DNA of 64,000 bases from an uncultured bacterium (lineage in GTDB: Bacteria > Zixibacteria > MSB-5A5 > GN15 > FEB-12): NCBI GenBank assembly GCA_965372795.1, contig CBDVDR010000005.1, positions 97,605 through 161,604 on the forward strand. The letters run 5' to 3'. The number at the start of each line of letters is the position of its first letter. Position 1 is the first letter of the stretch. Position numbers and translations under genes: made by a program. Positions 8,686 to 18,652 of this stretch are shown piece by piece. The notes under the pieces are model-generated. The model made no database searches. It worked only from the letters and a program-made list of their open reading frames with translations, and was not told the DNA's origin.

Positions 8686-10194
8686 ATGGATTTTCAACTA
8701 CCAGAATATAATTTACAGATAATGCTTCCGGAGATATTCCTTTTTCTCTGGGCATTGGTAGTAATAACTTTTGATGTTGTTACTAAAAGAAAAACAGAAA
8801 CCGCTGTTGGCTATCTTGCCTTAGCAGGAATTTTAATTACGGCTATAATACTTTCCTTCACCGGTTATGGTCGCGGATTCGGTTCGATGTTTTTCAATGA
8901 CCCGTTGGCTTTGTTTTTTAAGATAATTTTCCTCGGAGCAGCCTTTATGGCGATTGGCAGTTCTTTTGGAATCACAACTCAAAAGATTAAAAATCATCGG
9001 GGTGAATATTTCGGGTTAATTCTTTTCTCAACGATTGGAATGATGTTTCTTGCTTCATCGCAGGAATTATTATCACTTTATATCGGTCTTGAATTAACTA
9101 CTATTCCGCTGTTTATATTAGCTGCTTTTTACAAAGACAATAAACTTTCCGTAGAAGCGGGAATCAAATATTTTGTAGTCGGTGCTTTTTCATCGGCGCT
9201 GTTACTTTATGGAATTTCGTTCTTATTTGGACTTTCAGGAACTACTGATATAATTCAGATGAAAATCAATATCGCAATCACTCATCTGACTTTTAGAGAT
9301 ATTGGAGTAACCCTTATTTTAGCGGTGGTGCTGATTCTGGCCGGAATAGGTTTCAAACTTGCTCTCCCCCCGTTTCATCAATGGGCTCCGGATGTTTACG
9401 AAGGTTCGCCCACTCCGATAGCAGCCTTTTTATCAGTTGGCTCCAAAGCCGCCGGTTTGGCTGCCTTTGCTAAAATATTTGTCAATGGTCTGTCAGCTTT
9501 TCATGGTCCGGAGATGTTGCCCAATGATTGGGGTAAACTGGTAGCCTTTGTAGCTGCTTTGGCGATGATAATTGGTAATATAGTCGCTATCAGACAAACT
9601 GATATTAAGCGAATGCTCGCATACTCTTCTATTGCCCAGGCTGGTTATATCATGGTTGGAATGGTTGCTATGAATGAGCTTGGTATCTCATCAGCCTCTT
9701 TCTATATGTTTGTCTATCTCTTTGCTAATATGGGAGTTTTTGCAATAGTAGCCATGTTTGAAGACAAAACCGGATCTACCCAGATCGCAAGTTATAAAGG
9801 ACTGGCAAAAACTTCAATGGGTGTTGCCATGGCTATGACAATATTTTTGTTGTCCCTTGCCGGAATTCCACCGCTTGCCGGATTTCTTGCCAAATACTAT
9901 GTATTTGCAGCCGCTATCAAAATGGCAACTGAAGTTGATGGTATGAACTGGGTTTATTGGCTGGTCGGAGTAGGCTTGCTTACTTCGGTATTCTCATTGT
10001 ATTATTATGCCAACGTAATCAGACTGATGTTCTTTACAACTGATACTTCACCCTACAAAATTGAATATACCGCCCCAACTGCGTCAGTAATTGCTCTGGC
10101 TCTTATTGGAGTTATTCTTTTTGGACTATATCCTGAACCGATTATGCAGTTTGCATCAGAAATATCTATTTCGTTTGGATTTTTACCGAACTAG
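8686..10194 (+). CDS. nuoN: NADH-quinone oxidoreductase subunit N
   Basis: EAGIKYF, PFHQWAPDVYEGSPT, KRMLAYSSIAQAGY, SLAGIPPLAGF. Confidence 0.97.
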   Translation: MDFQLPEYNLQIMLPEIFLFLWALVVITFDVVTKRKTETAVGYLALAGILITAIILSFTGYGRGFGSMFFNDPLALFFKIIFLGAAFMAIGSSFGITTQKIKNHRGEYFGLILFSTIGMMFLASSQELLSLYIGLELTTIPLFILAAFYKDNKLSVEAGIKYFVVGAFSSALLLYGISFLFGLSGTTDIIQMKINIAITHLTFRDIGVTLILAVVLILAGIGFKLALPPFHQWAPDVYEGSPTPIAAFLSVGSKAAGLAAFAKIFVNGLSAFHGPEMLPNDWGKLVAFVAALAMIIGNIVAIRQTDIKRMLAYSSIAQAGYIMVGMVAMNELGISSASFYMFVYLFANMGVFAIVAMFEDKTGSTQIASYKGLAKTSMGVAMAMTIFLLSLAGIPPLAGFLAKYYVFAAAIKMATEVDGMNWVYWLVGVGLLTSVFSLYYYANVIRLMFFTTDTSPYKIEYTAPTASVIALALIGVILFGLYPEPIMQFASEISISFGFLPN

Positions 10195-10260
10195 TCAAAA
10201 ACAATTGACTTAAAACTATAAGACGACTATTTTTTACTTGAAAGGATAAAAGTAAAAAAT

Positions 10261-10923
10261 ATGTCGTTTTTTAGTAAACTCTCTTTTGGAATAAAAAGAT
10301 ACTTCATTTCAGGAGTACTGGTTGTAGTTCCTGTAATTCTGACTTACATCGTACTTAAATTTCTTTTTGAATCTCTCGACGGTTTATTACAGCCTATAAT
10401 CCATAGTCTGCTTGGGTATTACATCCCCGGGCTGGGCGTCTTTACAACTTTGCTTTTAATCATTTTTGCCGGTATTTTGACCCGCAATTTTATCGGAGCA
10501 AAATTATTCCAGATTGGTGATAAGATCCTTGATCGGGTGCCGATTATCCGACCTATTTATTCAGCAGCAAAACAACTTCTATCGGCGGTCGCTGAACCAT
10601 CGATGTCATCTTTTAAAGAAGTCGCCTTAGTGGAATACCCTCGCAAAGGAGTTTATGCACTTGGTTTTATTTCCAACAAAATTAAAATGAATGTAAACGA
10701 TAAAGAAGAAGAATTTATTGCTTTATTTATGCCCTCGACTCCAACCCCGATATCAGGCATGGTAATTGTGGTCCCTAAGGCAGATGTCATCCCATTGGAG
10801 ATGACAGTTGAAGCCGGATTCAAGTTTCTTGTTTCAGGCGGAGTTGCATCACCCGATATTTTAACTAAGAAAAAATCTCTAAATAATGATAACGAACATG
10901 AGGTAATTGGTGAAACTAGCTAA
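10261..10923 (+). CDS. DUF502 domain membrane protein
   Basis: Two N-terminal TM helices, RPIYSAAKQL, LVEYPRKG, PSTPTPISG, SGG. Confidence 0.88.
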   Translation: MSFFSKLSFGIKRYFISGVLVVVPVILTYIVLKFLFESLDGLLQPIIHSLLGYYIPGLGVFTTLLLIIFAGILTRNFIGAKLFQIGDKILDRVPIIRPIYSAAKQLLSAVAEPSMSSFKEVALVEYPRKGVYALGFISNKIKMNVNDKEEEFIALFMPSTPTPISGMVIVVPKADVIPLEMTVEAGFKFLVSGGVASPDILTKKKSLNNDNEHEVIGETS

Positions 10924-11815
10924 TCTTTTAATGGAACGCAGAATAAATATTGATCTTAAATCCCGAACCAAAGAAGACGCTATCCGAGAATTACTCGGAC
11001 TCATCGAAGAGGAAGGCATAAAACTTGAATTTGACAAAGTGCTTCAATCTATTTTCGAACGGGAAGAAATCGAAGATACCTCTTACGGTCACGGATTTGC
11101 ATTTCCTCATGCTCGAACCGATGCTGTTAAAGAGCTGTTTATTCTGGTCGGTATATCCAAAGAAGGATTGAAAGATAGCACCAAAGATGGTATTCCGGTG
11201 CATGTCGTCTGTTTATTGCTAACTCCTTCAACAATTGCAAAGCTGTATCTGCAAACTCTTTCAGGAATGGCAACCTTTGCCCGTATGGAAGGTAACTTAG
11301 AAAAAGTTCTTCAAATCTCTCACCAAAACGACCTGATTAAGCTTATAGCCAATGCTAATGTTACTGTTGACAAAGAACTCATGGTAAAGGATATAATGCG
11401 TCACAACGTGGCTACGGTAACCCCTGATGACACTCTCAAAGAAGTTGCCAATCAGATGTTTAGAAACCGTTTGTCCGCTCTGGCGGTGGTCGATGAGACC
11501 GGTAAGCTTTTAGGTGTAATCAACGACCGTGACCTGATAAAAGCGGCACTCCCTGATTATAAATCTTTGATATCAAACTTAAATTATTCGATGGATATTG
11601 AACCGTTTGAAGAACTGCTCAAACAGGAAGATAAAATCAAAGTGTCTCAACTGTATCGGGAAAATTATGAAAAGACATCTTCTGACACAAGAATTGTGGA
11701 AGTTGCCGCAATGATGATTTTTAAGGATATTAGAAGAGTTTTCGTAACTGAGAATGATAATTTAGTCGGCGTTCTTTTAAGAAAAGACATTGTCAATATG
11801 GTAATCCGTGGCTAA
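10910..11815 (+). CDS. PTS EIIA (Fru/Ntr-type) domain fused to a CBS pair
   Basis: FEREE..TSYGHGFAFPHAR phospho-His motif, then two CBS repeats (VKDIM...VVDETGKLLGVI; LVGVLLRKDI). GTG 10910 fits the GAGG RBS better than TTG 10907. Confidence 0.85.
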   Translation: MKLANLLMERRINIDLKSRTKEDAIRELLGLIEEEGIKLEFDKVLQSIFEREEIEDTSYGHGFAFPHARTDAVKELFILVGISKEGLKDSTKDGIPVHVVCLLLTPSTIAKLYLQTLSGMATFARMEGNLEKVLQISHQNDLIKLIANANVTVDKELMVKDIMRHNVATVTPDDTLKEVANQMFRNRLSALAVVDETGKLLGVINDRDLIKAALPDYKSLISNLNYSMDIEPFEELLKQEDKIKVSQLYRENYEKTSSDTRIVEVAAMMIFKDIRRVFVTENDNLVGVLLRKDIVNMVIRG

Positions 11816-11969
11816 ACAAGTCATCTGATAGTTTTATTATTTTTAGTTTGCTGTGTTAATTGTAAAGTTCTTCAAATTGAATTTGACATCAAAGAATATT
11901 TACTATTTCTTCCCTGACAATTGAATAATAATAAACATGATAAGTAATGTGTAAAAAAGGCGTTAAAGA

Positions 11970-13172
11970 TTGAGCCAAACTACTGAAAAATACGAAATAA
12001 CACCAGGCTTATACTGGGCTTTGCTAATTACAACCCTTGTCACTCTTCCGGGTCTTTACTACGGCTTTACCAGTACTCATGTCTCTCCACTTAACGGGAC
12101 TCTCTTTTTTGGAATCGCAATATTTGGAGCAGCGTTTATGTTATCCTGGGCTGCTGAAGCAGCTCAAATTGATATGTCGGAATCGCTGGCTATCGCCATT
12201 TTGGCTCTATTAGCTGTTTTACCGGAATATGCGGTCGATTTTGTTTTCACCTGGAAATCAGCCCATGACCCCTCTCAGGCTCAATATGCAATAGCAAACA
12301 TGACCGGAGCTAACCGATTACTGGTCGGATTTGCCTGGCCGGTGGTATTGTTTTTGTATGTCTTTTTTAGAAAGAAAAAAGAGATCAATCTTGATAAAAC
12401 TCAACATGTTGAAATTTTTTATCTCGCCATGGCAACCATTTACTCCTTCACAATTCCACTCAAGGGATATCTGAGTCTGATTGATACTGTTATTCTGGTT
12501 ACTATTTTCGGTATGTATACCAGAAGGGCGGCACAGATGGAGCATACTGAACCGGAATTTGTCGGACCTGTTAAGATAATTGTCAATATGGATACTTTTT
12601 GGAGAAGAGTCAGCACATATTCTCTTTTTGGCTTTGCAGGTGTAGTCATATTTCTTGTTTCAGAGCCTTTTGCAGAATCTCTTGTTGCAATGGGTGGAGA
12701 GTTTGGAATTGATGAGTTTTTACTGGTTCAATGGCTGGCTCCGTTGGCAAGTGAGGCTCCCGAATTTATCATTGCCGCCACCTGGACCCTTCGAGGAAAT
12801 GCCAACTCAGCCATGCGGGCTTTGATTTCATCAAAAGTAAACCAGTGGACACTATTGATTGGTACGATCCCGCTTGTATACGCGATCTCCGGCAGTGAAA
12901 TAAAACCGTTTATTCTAACCGGAATTCAGGATCACGAACTTTACTTAACGGCGGCTCAGTCATTATTTGCTGTCGCAATTCTGGTTAATCTTAATTTTAA
13001 TCGAAGAGAAGGTGTTTTGTTGTTAGTGCTCTTTTTGAGTCAATTGATTTTTTCAGAAATCCGAATGGAGGTTGCAGCAATCTATCTCATCCTTGCCGTG
13101 ATATATCATTATCTTAATCGCAAATCTTTGATTCCGGCATTCAGAACCGGATTGGGTTTGAAGAACAAATAA
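11970..13172 (+). CDS. Cation/Ca2+ exchanger (CaCA family) antiporter
   Basis: Alpha-1 repeat LAVLPEY...ANMTGAN and alpha-2 repeat LASEAPE...LISSKVNQ; many TM helices. Confidence 0.85.
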   Translation: MSQTTEKYEITPGLYWALLITTLVTLPGLYYGFTSTHVSPLNGTLFFGIAIFGAAFMLSWAAEAAQIDMSESLAIAILALLAVLPEYAVDFVFTWKSAHDPSQAQYAIANMTGANRLLVGFAWPVVLFLYVFFRKKKEINLDKTQHVEIFYLAMATIYSFTIPLKGYLSLIDTVILVTIFGMYTRRAAQMEHTEPEFVGPVKIIVNMDTFWRRVSTYSLFGFAGVVIFLVSEPFAESLVAMGGEFGIDEFLLVQWLAPLASEAPEFIIAATWTLRGNANSAMRALISSKVNQWTLLIGTIPLVYAISGSEIKPFILTGIQDHELYLTAAQSLFAVAILVNLNFNRREGVLLLVLFLSQLIFSEIRMEVAAIYLILAVIYHYLNRKSLIPAFRTGLGLKNK

Positions 13173-13186
13173 TTTACGATAAATAT

Positions 13187-13219
13187 AAAAAAAGCAGGAT
13201 TAACTCCTGCTTTTTTTTT
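13187..13219. terminator. Bidirectional intrinsic terminator
   Basis: A7-GCAGGA-TTAAC-TCCTGC-T9 between convergent genes. Confidence 0.85.
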
Positions 13220-13268
13220 ATATTCAAGTATAAATTAACTTAAATGCGAAGCATCAAAGTGACTTATG

Positions 13269-13940
13269 TCACTTCTTTTTTTCTCTGAATCCGATACGCG
13301 GGAACGGATTAACAATCGCCGATGCAATATTGGTCAGATGAGCATTAATACGTTTCAGATATCTGGCATAGAGTGCCAGTGCGACCGCATCAGAGGTAGT
13401 AAGTTTTTTATCATGATGAAGAATCATATTTGAAACTATTTTATCAGAAATTTTACCAATGGCTTCTTCTGCTTTCAAAATTTGGCGAGCTACTTTTTTA
13501 TCCTGCGACTTTAAAACACTTAAGACCATTGGGAAAGTTTCCTTGATATGATCCTCAATTTTTTTCAACGTCACTTCATCTTTACCACCTAATAGTCGCT
13601 GTTTGTGAATACTTGCCAAGCCAGCAATATTTTTTGTATAATCTCCGATTCGTTCAACATCAATTACAATTGAAATCAGAACCAGACCTGGGACAATATT
13701 CTGAGTTCCGGCAATAGAGAGATGGGTCAACACATTTCGCCGGACTTCACGCTCAAACTTGTTTATTTTGCGGTCAGTTTTTCTGATATCAAAAGATAAT
13801 TCGCTATCATCGCGTAACCTGAGGGTTTCGAAAGATGCTTTATACATTTTGAAATCAAATTCAAGCATCGTCAGAGCCGTATTAAAAGCGGTATCTAACA
13901 AATTCTCACTACTGAAAAGTTCTTTGAATTTTTCAAACAT
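13269..13940 (-). CDS. phoU: PhoU-domain protein
   Basis: Duplicated PhoU signature (DVERIGDYTKNIA; YLKRINAHLTNIA); directly downstream of the Na/Pi symporter. Confidence 0.8.
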   Translation of the reverse strand: MFEKFKELFSSENLLDTAFNTALTMLEFDFKMYKASFETLRLRDDSELSFDIRKTDRKINKFEREVRRNVLTHLSIAGTQNIVPGLVLISIVIDVERIGDYTKNIAGLASIHKQRLLGGKDEVTLKKIEDHIKETFPMVLSVLKSQDKKVARQILKAEEAIGKISDKIVSNMILHHDKKLTTSDAVALALYARYLKRINAHLTNIASAIVNPFPRIGFREKKK

Positions 13941-13944
13941 TTTA

Positions 13945-15084
13945 TTACCTCAAAAAATAAATTAACAATCCTGGTATCGTAAAAAATATTATCAATACAT
14001 ATAATATCGGAAATAACTTTGATCTTTGAGTTAGTTCGGCTATTTGCTTTCCCATCCACATCGGGATTTTCTTTAAAGGCCAAAATATCATTATACCATA
14101 GACATTAAACAAAAGATGCGCAAAAGCGACACTTACCGCCTCTGGAGAACCTATTACAAACGAAGCTAAGAACGCCGTGATAGTTGTACCTATATTGGCG
14201 CCTAGTAAATAAGGGTATATTTGTACAAGGGTAATTACACCGGCTCCAATCAAAGGCACTACCATCGAAGTTGTAATGGATGAAGACTGAACCATAGTTG
14301 TTATCCCAATACCAAGAATGAAACTTAATATAGGAGTGCGGAAAATATATCGCTGGAAGAATTTTTCTACTCTGGAAATGACCAGTGATTTTAACACTCT
14401 TACAATATAGGTTAAGGCAAAAATTAAAAAGATAAAGGCAATCATAACCCCTATCCAGGCAACATCGCCAGTAGAATGTAAAATCCATTTTGCAACCGGT
14501 TTTGTTATTGCCTTTAATGGTGAACTAAATGTTAATCCCCCAAACCCGACAAATATCTTCTCCATAAACCGCGCGGAATGACCTATTACATTGAAGTAAA
14601 TTTGCAGCGGCATAATTACTATTACAGCACAGAGATTGAAGTTATCATGAAGAAGTGATCCCTGGAATGCTCGTTTAAACTCATCACTCCTTGATATATG
14701 TCCCAACGAAACAATAATATTAGTCACCGAGGTGCCAATGTTCGCCCCCATTACCATCGGTATCGCAGCTTCAAAAGTTAACCCTGTCCCTGTTGCTGAT
14801 CCGGCTGCAACCAACCCGACAATTAATGATGTAGTCGTTGAGGAGGATTGAATAATTGCCGTAGCAAGAATTCCGATCATCAGCCCTACAATTGGATTAG
14901 AGGTTGTTTGGAAAATTGCTTTTGCAAAGTCTTCCCCAAACAACTTGAATGACCCCCCTAAGAGGGTAATCGAAAGAATAAATAGATAGATGAGAAAAAA
15001 TAGAAAAAGAATTTTCAAAAAAATCAAAGAGCGGCTGTTAGATCCATCTGGTAAATTAGGACCTAACGCTGTTGAGTCACTCAT
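13945..15084 (-). CDS. Na+/phosphate symporter (NptA/SLC34 family)
   Basis: Two QSSS motifs and two GANIGT motifs. Confidence 0.92.
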   Translation of the reverse strand: MSDSTALGPNLPDGSNSRSLIFLKILFLFFLIYLFILSITLLGGSFKLFGEDFAKAIFQTTSNPIVGLMIGILATAIIQSSSTTTSLIVGLVAAGSATGTGLTFEAAIPMVMGANIGTSVTNIIVSLGHISRSDEFKRAFQGSLLHDNFNLCAVIVIMPLQIYFNVIGHSARFMEKIFVGFGGLTFSSPLKAITKPVAKWILHSTGDVAWIGVMIAFIFLIFALTYIVRVLKSLVISRVEKFFQRYIFRTPILSFILGIGITTMVQSSSITTSMVVPLIGAGVITLVQIYPYLLGANIGTTITAFLASFVIGSPEAVSVAFAHLLFNVYGIMIFWPLKKIPMWMGKQIAELTQRSKLFPILYVLIIFFTIPGLLIYFLR

Positions 15085-15126
15085 TTATTTTTATTCCTTT
15101 AACTTAAATTTGCCCATTTTTTGGGG

Positions 15127-15156
15127 GTTATATACGCTAACCAAAAAGATTGTCAA
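15127..15156 (-). promoter_or_regulatory. Putative sigma70 promoter of the Na/Pi-phoU operon
   Basis: Minus strand TTGACA-N18-TATAAC. Confidence 0.55.
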
Positions 15157-15225
15157 GTTAAATGAACAATAAAAATAAATAAATTCTTATTAGTTTTCAA
15201 GCTATTGTAATTAAACAACTTTCGT

Positions 15226-17982
15226 TTATAATTTACCGGCTGAAGTCAATATATAAGCATCCGTTTTGAAATATTTAGACATGATTTGTCTAATTTTATT
15301 ATTATCTACTTCAGAAAGATTTTTTATAAACAGAGGATCGTTCTTATATCCTTTTCCATAAAATTCATCAAGACATAAGTAATAAGCCTGATTGATGTTT
15401 GATAATTTTGCGCTCATCTGTCTACCCCAAAGCTGATTACGGGCGCGATCAATTTCTTCCTGAGTTGGTCCATCAAATTTTAATTTATCAATTTGCAGAA
15501 GGATGCCATCAAGAGCTTCCTGATAATTTTCAAATCCGGTTCCAATCGAGCAATAGTACCATCCGAAATCACGATCAAATCTTGATCCTGCTCCAACAGA
15601 ATAAGCCAGCCCCTGTTTTTCTCTAAGATTAAGATAAAGGCGGCTTGATAAAATAGAAGTAGTCACAGCCAGTGTTGCTGATTCATCACTGTTCGCACCG
15701 GGTAAATTTCCTCCTAAGAAGATAGTGATTTGTTCCTTATCAAGTTCGGCATGTTCATTTTTTATTTCAAAAATTGGTTTTGGAATTGAAGGGGTTTTTG
15801 ATTCAAAGCCGGCAGAGTTTAAACGCCCGAAACTACCATTGATCCAGTTCATCACTTCATCGGTGGATTTATTAGATACAATCGATATAATCATATTTTC
15901 CGGTGAATAGAAATCGGCATGATGTTTTTTTAAATCATCAACAGTAATCGCCCCAATCGTTCCAGATGACCCCATGACTGGATTTGAAAAAACAGAGTTA
16001 TCAAATAAAGATTCGTAGAAAAGTTTACTGGCGACTTTACCCGGGGAATTCAAATTTCGGCCTAATACTCCAAGCATTCCCTGGCGAACATTTTCAACTT
16101 CATCCGATTCAAAGGCCGGATTAAGAATCATCTCTGTAAACAGATGAAAACCTTTTTTGCCATAATCATCAATTGTTTCGAATTTCATAAATGTATAACT
16201 ACGGCTGGTATAGCGGTCATCATAAGGAATCCAGGGATTGTCATATAATGTTACGTTAGCGCCAATAGAGGCAAGATCACGTGACAATTCGAAGCTGTTA
16301 CGGGTTACAGTCCCTTTTTCAACACAACGATTTACAAAATCAGTAATCCCGGCTTTACCATCGGGTTCATTAGCGGTTCTGTTTTTACCAAAAACATTCA
16401 GAGCAAAAACCCGGCTATCAGGTCGAGACTTTACAATTATTGTTAAACCGTTAGGAAGTACTTCCCGATGGTAATCAGCATTATCAACAATTTCAAAACT
16501 GACCGAATCGGTTGATGGGAAATTTATTTTTTCTTTTTCAGTCAAATTATACTGCGTGAAGTTTACCGTATCAAAATGGGATATTACTTCCTCGGCAGTT
16601 ATACCTCTTGGAATGTACCCTTCAGTACCTTCCGGATTAGGCGTAACAACCGTGGCAATATAATTTGGATTATCAAACCATTTTTGAGCTGCATTTTGAC
16701 AATTGCTCCAATTAACCGCAGCAATCATATCACCATAATTCTGAATAAACTCCCAGCCCCCGCTCATCATGGTTGGCGCTATCATAAAGCCATAGTAGTG
16801 AAGTTTATCAGAATTATAAATCTCGTTACATTTGGTTGAGACTTTGATCCCTTTAAGAATTTCCTGATCGGCATTATGACGACTGATATTTTTAACATTA
16901 TTTATAATAGCTTCAACAATAGCATCCCGTTTTGAGACATCATTAGCAATGGCATATATTTCTAACCGTGAGAATTCTTCATAAGTACTAAGTCCAACCC
17001 CGGCTTCGATAGCCAGCGGATCGGCGCCATCTTTTAATATTTTCATCAATGGTGAAACATCATCCATTCCCAGATAAGATGCCAGAAGGTCAACAGCTAT
17101 ATAATCAGAGTCTGAAATATGAGGCGCATCAAAACTAAAATTAACATAAGTAGATTTTACGTCTGCGGTAGTATCAATTAATTGCTGTCCCTTGAGAGAG
17201 TAGTCAACCGAGGCCGGTTCAATCGGCTCAACAGCAGCCATAGTATCGAGGCTTATTGGCTCATCTCTTTTCATCGCACCAAATATCTCAGCAACAGTCT
17301 TTTTCATCTCTTCAGTGTCAAAATCACCAATTACAAGGGCTGTCATATTTTCCGGAGTGTAGGCTGATTTCCAGTATTCCACTATCGCTTCTCTTGGAAT
17401 ATTTTCAATAAAGGCTTTGAAACCCAAGACCGGGCGGTCATAGGGCGTGCCGGCATATGCGGTTTGGGTAAAGAAATCTTCTGCCGGAGCTCCCGCAGCG
17501 TCTGCAGATCGATTGATCTCTTCGATGACAACTTTTCTCTCTTTGGTTAATTCTTCTTCGGGAATTAACGAATTAAAAAGCATATCCATCTGAATTGTCA
17601 TCCCGTAGTCGATATATTGTTTTGGCAAAAGGACCAGATAAGCGGTCAGTTCTTTTCGTGTAAAAGCGTTGAGATATCCGCCTAAATCTCTAATCGAAAG
17701 ATCGAGCTCTTCTCTGGTCAGACTGGTTGTTCCGTCAAAAAGAAAATGCTCAAGAAAATGAGTTACCCCATTTTCAAATTTGGATTCATATTTGCTTCCT
17801 GATTTAACAAAAACAATACTGGCAACCATGGGAGAACCGTGTTTTTCTTTGAGAATAATCTCCATTCCATTGTCAAGATGATAGGATTTAGATTCTTCTG
17901 ACATGATATTGACAGAAAAAATCAGAAAAATCATGAAAACTATTGCAGAAATTAAGCGGACATTTAACGTCTTGATTATCAT
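15226..17982 (-). CDS. Secreted M16 (pitrilysin/PqqL-like) zinc protease, fused tandem form
   Basis: Signal peptide, inverted zinc motif HFLEH, LNAFT, ERKVVIEE, second degenerate M16 half, LREKQGLAY. Confidence 0.92.
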   Translation of the reverse strand: MIIKTLNVRLISAIVFMIFLIFSVNIMSEESKSYHLDNGMEIILKEKHGSPMVASIVFVKSGSKYESKFENGVTHFLEHFLFDGTTSLTREELDLSIRDLGGYLNAFTRKELTAYLVLLPKQYIDYGMTIQMDMLFNSLIPEEELTKERKVVIEEINRSADAAGAPAEDFFTQTAYAGTPYDRPVLGFKAFIENIPREAIVEYWKSAYTPENMTALVIGDFDTEEMKKTVAEIFGAMKRDEPISLDTMAAVEPIEPASVDYSLKGQQLIDTTADVKSTYVNFSFDAPHISDSDYIAVDLLASYLGMDDVSPLMKILKDGADPLAIEAGVGLSTYEEFSRLEIYAIANDVSKRDAIVEAIINNVKNISRHNADQEILKGIKVSTKCNEIYNSDKLHYYGFMIAPTMMSGGWEFIQNYGDMIAAVNWSNCQNAAQKWFDNPNYIATVVTPNPEGTEGYIPRGITAEEVISHFDTVNFTQYNLTEKEKINFPSTDSVSFEIVDNADYHREVLPNGLTIIVKSRPDSRVFALNVFGKNRTANEPDGKAGITDFVNRCVEKGTVTRNSFELSRDLASIGANVTLYDNPWIPYDDRYTSRSYTFMKFETIDDYGKKGFHLFTEMILNPAFESDEVENVRQGMLGVLGRNLNSPGKVASKLFYESLFDNSVFSNPVMGSSGTIGAITVDDLKKHHADFYSPENMIISIVSNKSTDEVMNWINGSFGRLNSAGFESKTPSIPKPIFEIKNEHAELDKEQITIFLGGNLPGANSDESATLAVTTSILSSRLYLNLREKQGLAYSVGAGSRFDRDFGWYYCSIGTGFENYQEALDGILLQIDKLKFDGPTQEEIDRARNQLWGRQMSAKLSNINQAYYLCLDEFYGKGYKNDPLFIKNLSEVDNNKIRQIMSKYFKTDAYILTSAGKL

Positions 17983-18090
17983 AGTTTTATCCTTTTCGTT
18001 TATTAATAATTATGAAAATTTCCCGAAATATATTGTATGGGTACAATATTAAATGCAATTAATAATGTCAACGATTGAAGGGAATTTGAA

Positions 18091-18118
18091 TTGACTTATC
18101 TCGATATTAGCCTATATT
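18091..18118 (+). promoter_or_regulatory. Putative sigma70 promoter of uORF-secD-secF
   Basis: TTGACT-N16-TATATT ending 22 nt before the ATG at 18141. Confidence 0.6.
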
Positions 18119-18140
18119 CAAAAGCCGAAGAAAGCCTGTA

Positions 18141-18581
18141 ATGAAAATAGTAATTTTAAAAAATTCAACCCTGGTACAGAAATCAATTTCTGTAATTATC
18201 CTACTGGCCCTGGTTATATCCGGGACCGGAACCGGTTTTCTGCAATACTTACAGGACGACAACAAATTTCTGATTAAAGAAGTTTATTCAGAATATTCTG
18301 TATTTGACATTTCCGATCTTTCTGATGATTCTCCGAATCGGATGTCAACCGATGGCATTCCCCCCGCAAGTAATTATGCTTATATCGTACCTCTTGTAAA
18401 TTTCCAAACCAGCAACGGGTACAATAAATATCAATATTTGAAAAGTACGGCGTTAAAAATTGATAGCCGTATTGGTCATTCGTTTGAGAAATCGACAGCC
18501 CAAACATCATCCTCCCTTGTATCTGCAAAAATTGGGAAAATGTTTACACTTGTCGGTGCCAAGCCCTCTGGCACAAGCTAA
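18141..18581 (+). CDS. Hypothetical 146-aa signal-peptide/TM protein upstream of secD; candidate secretion-monitor arrest peptide
   Basis: N-terminal hydrophobic segment (ISVIILLALVISG), Ser-rich spacer, C-terminus FTLVGAKPSGTS; own promoter; 71 nt before secD. The function is inferred. Confidence 0.6.
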   Translation: MKIVILKNSTLVQKSISVIILLALVISGTGTGFLQYLQDDNKFLIKEVYSEYSVFDISDLSDDSPNRMSTDGIPPASNYAYIVPLVNFQTSNGYNKYQYLKSTALKIDSRIGHSFEKSTAQTSSSLVSAKIGKMFTLVGAKPSGTS

Positions 18582-18652
18582 CAGTTTTACTTTAGCTTCT
18601 TTTATTTTATAAAATCAATATTACATAATAATATATTTGGAAAGGGATTTTT

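Noticed and set aside
18141..18581. yajC, expected before secD
   Set aside because: Lacks the YajC pattern (RPQ, GD.V.T.GG..G) and is longer than typical YajC
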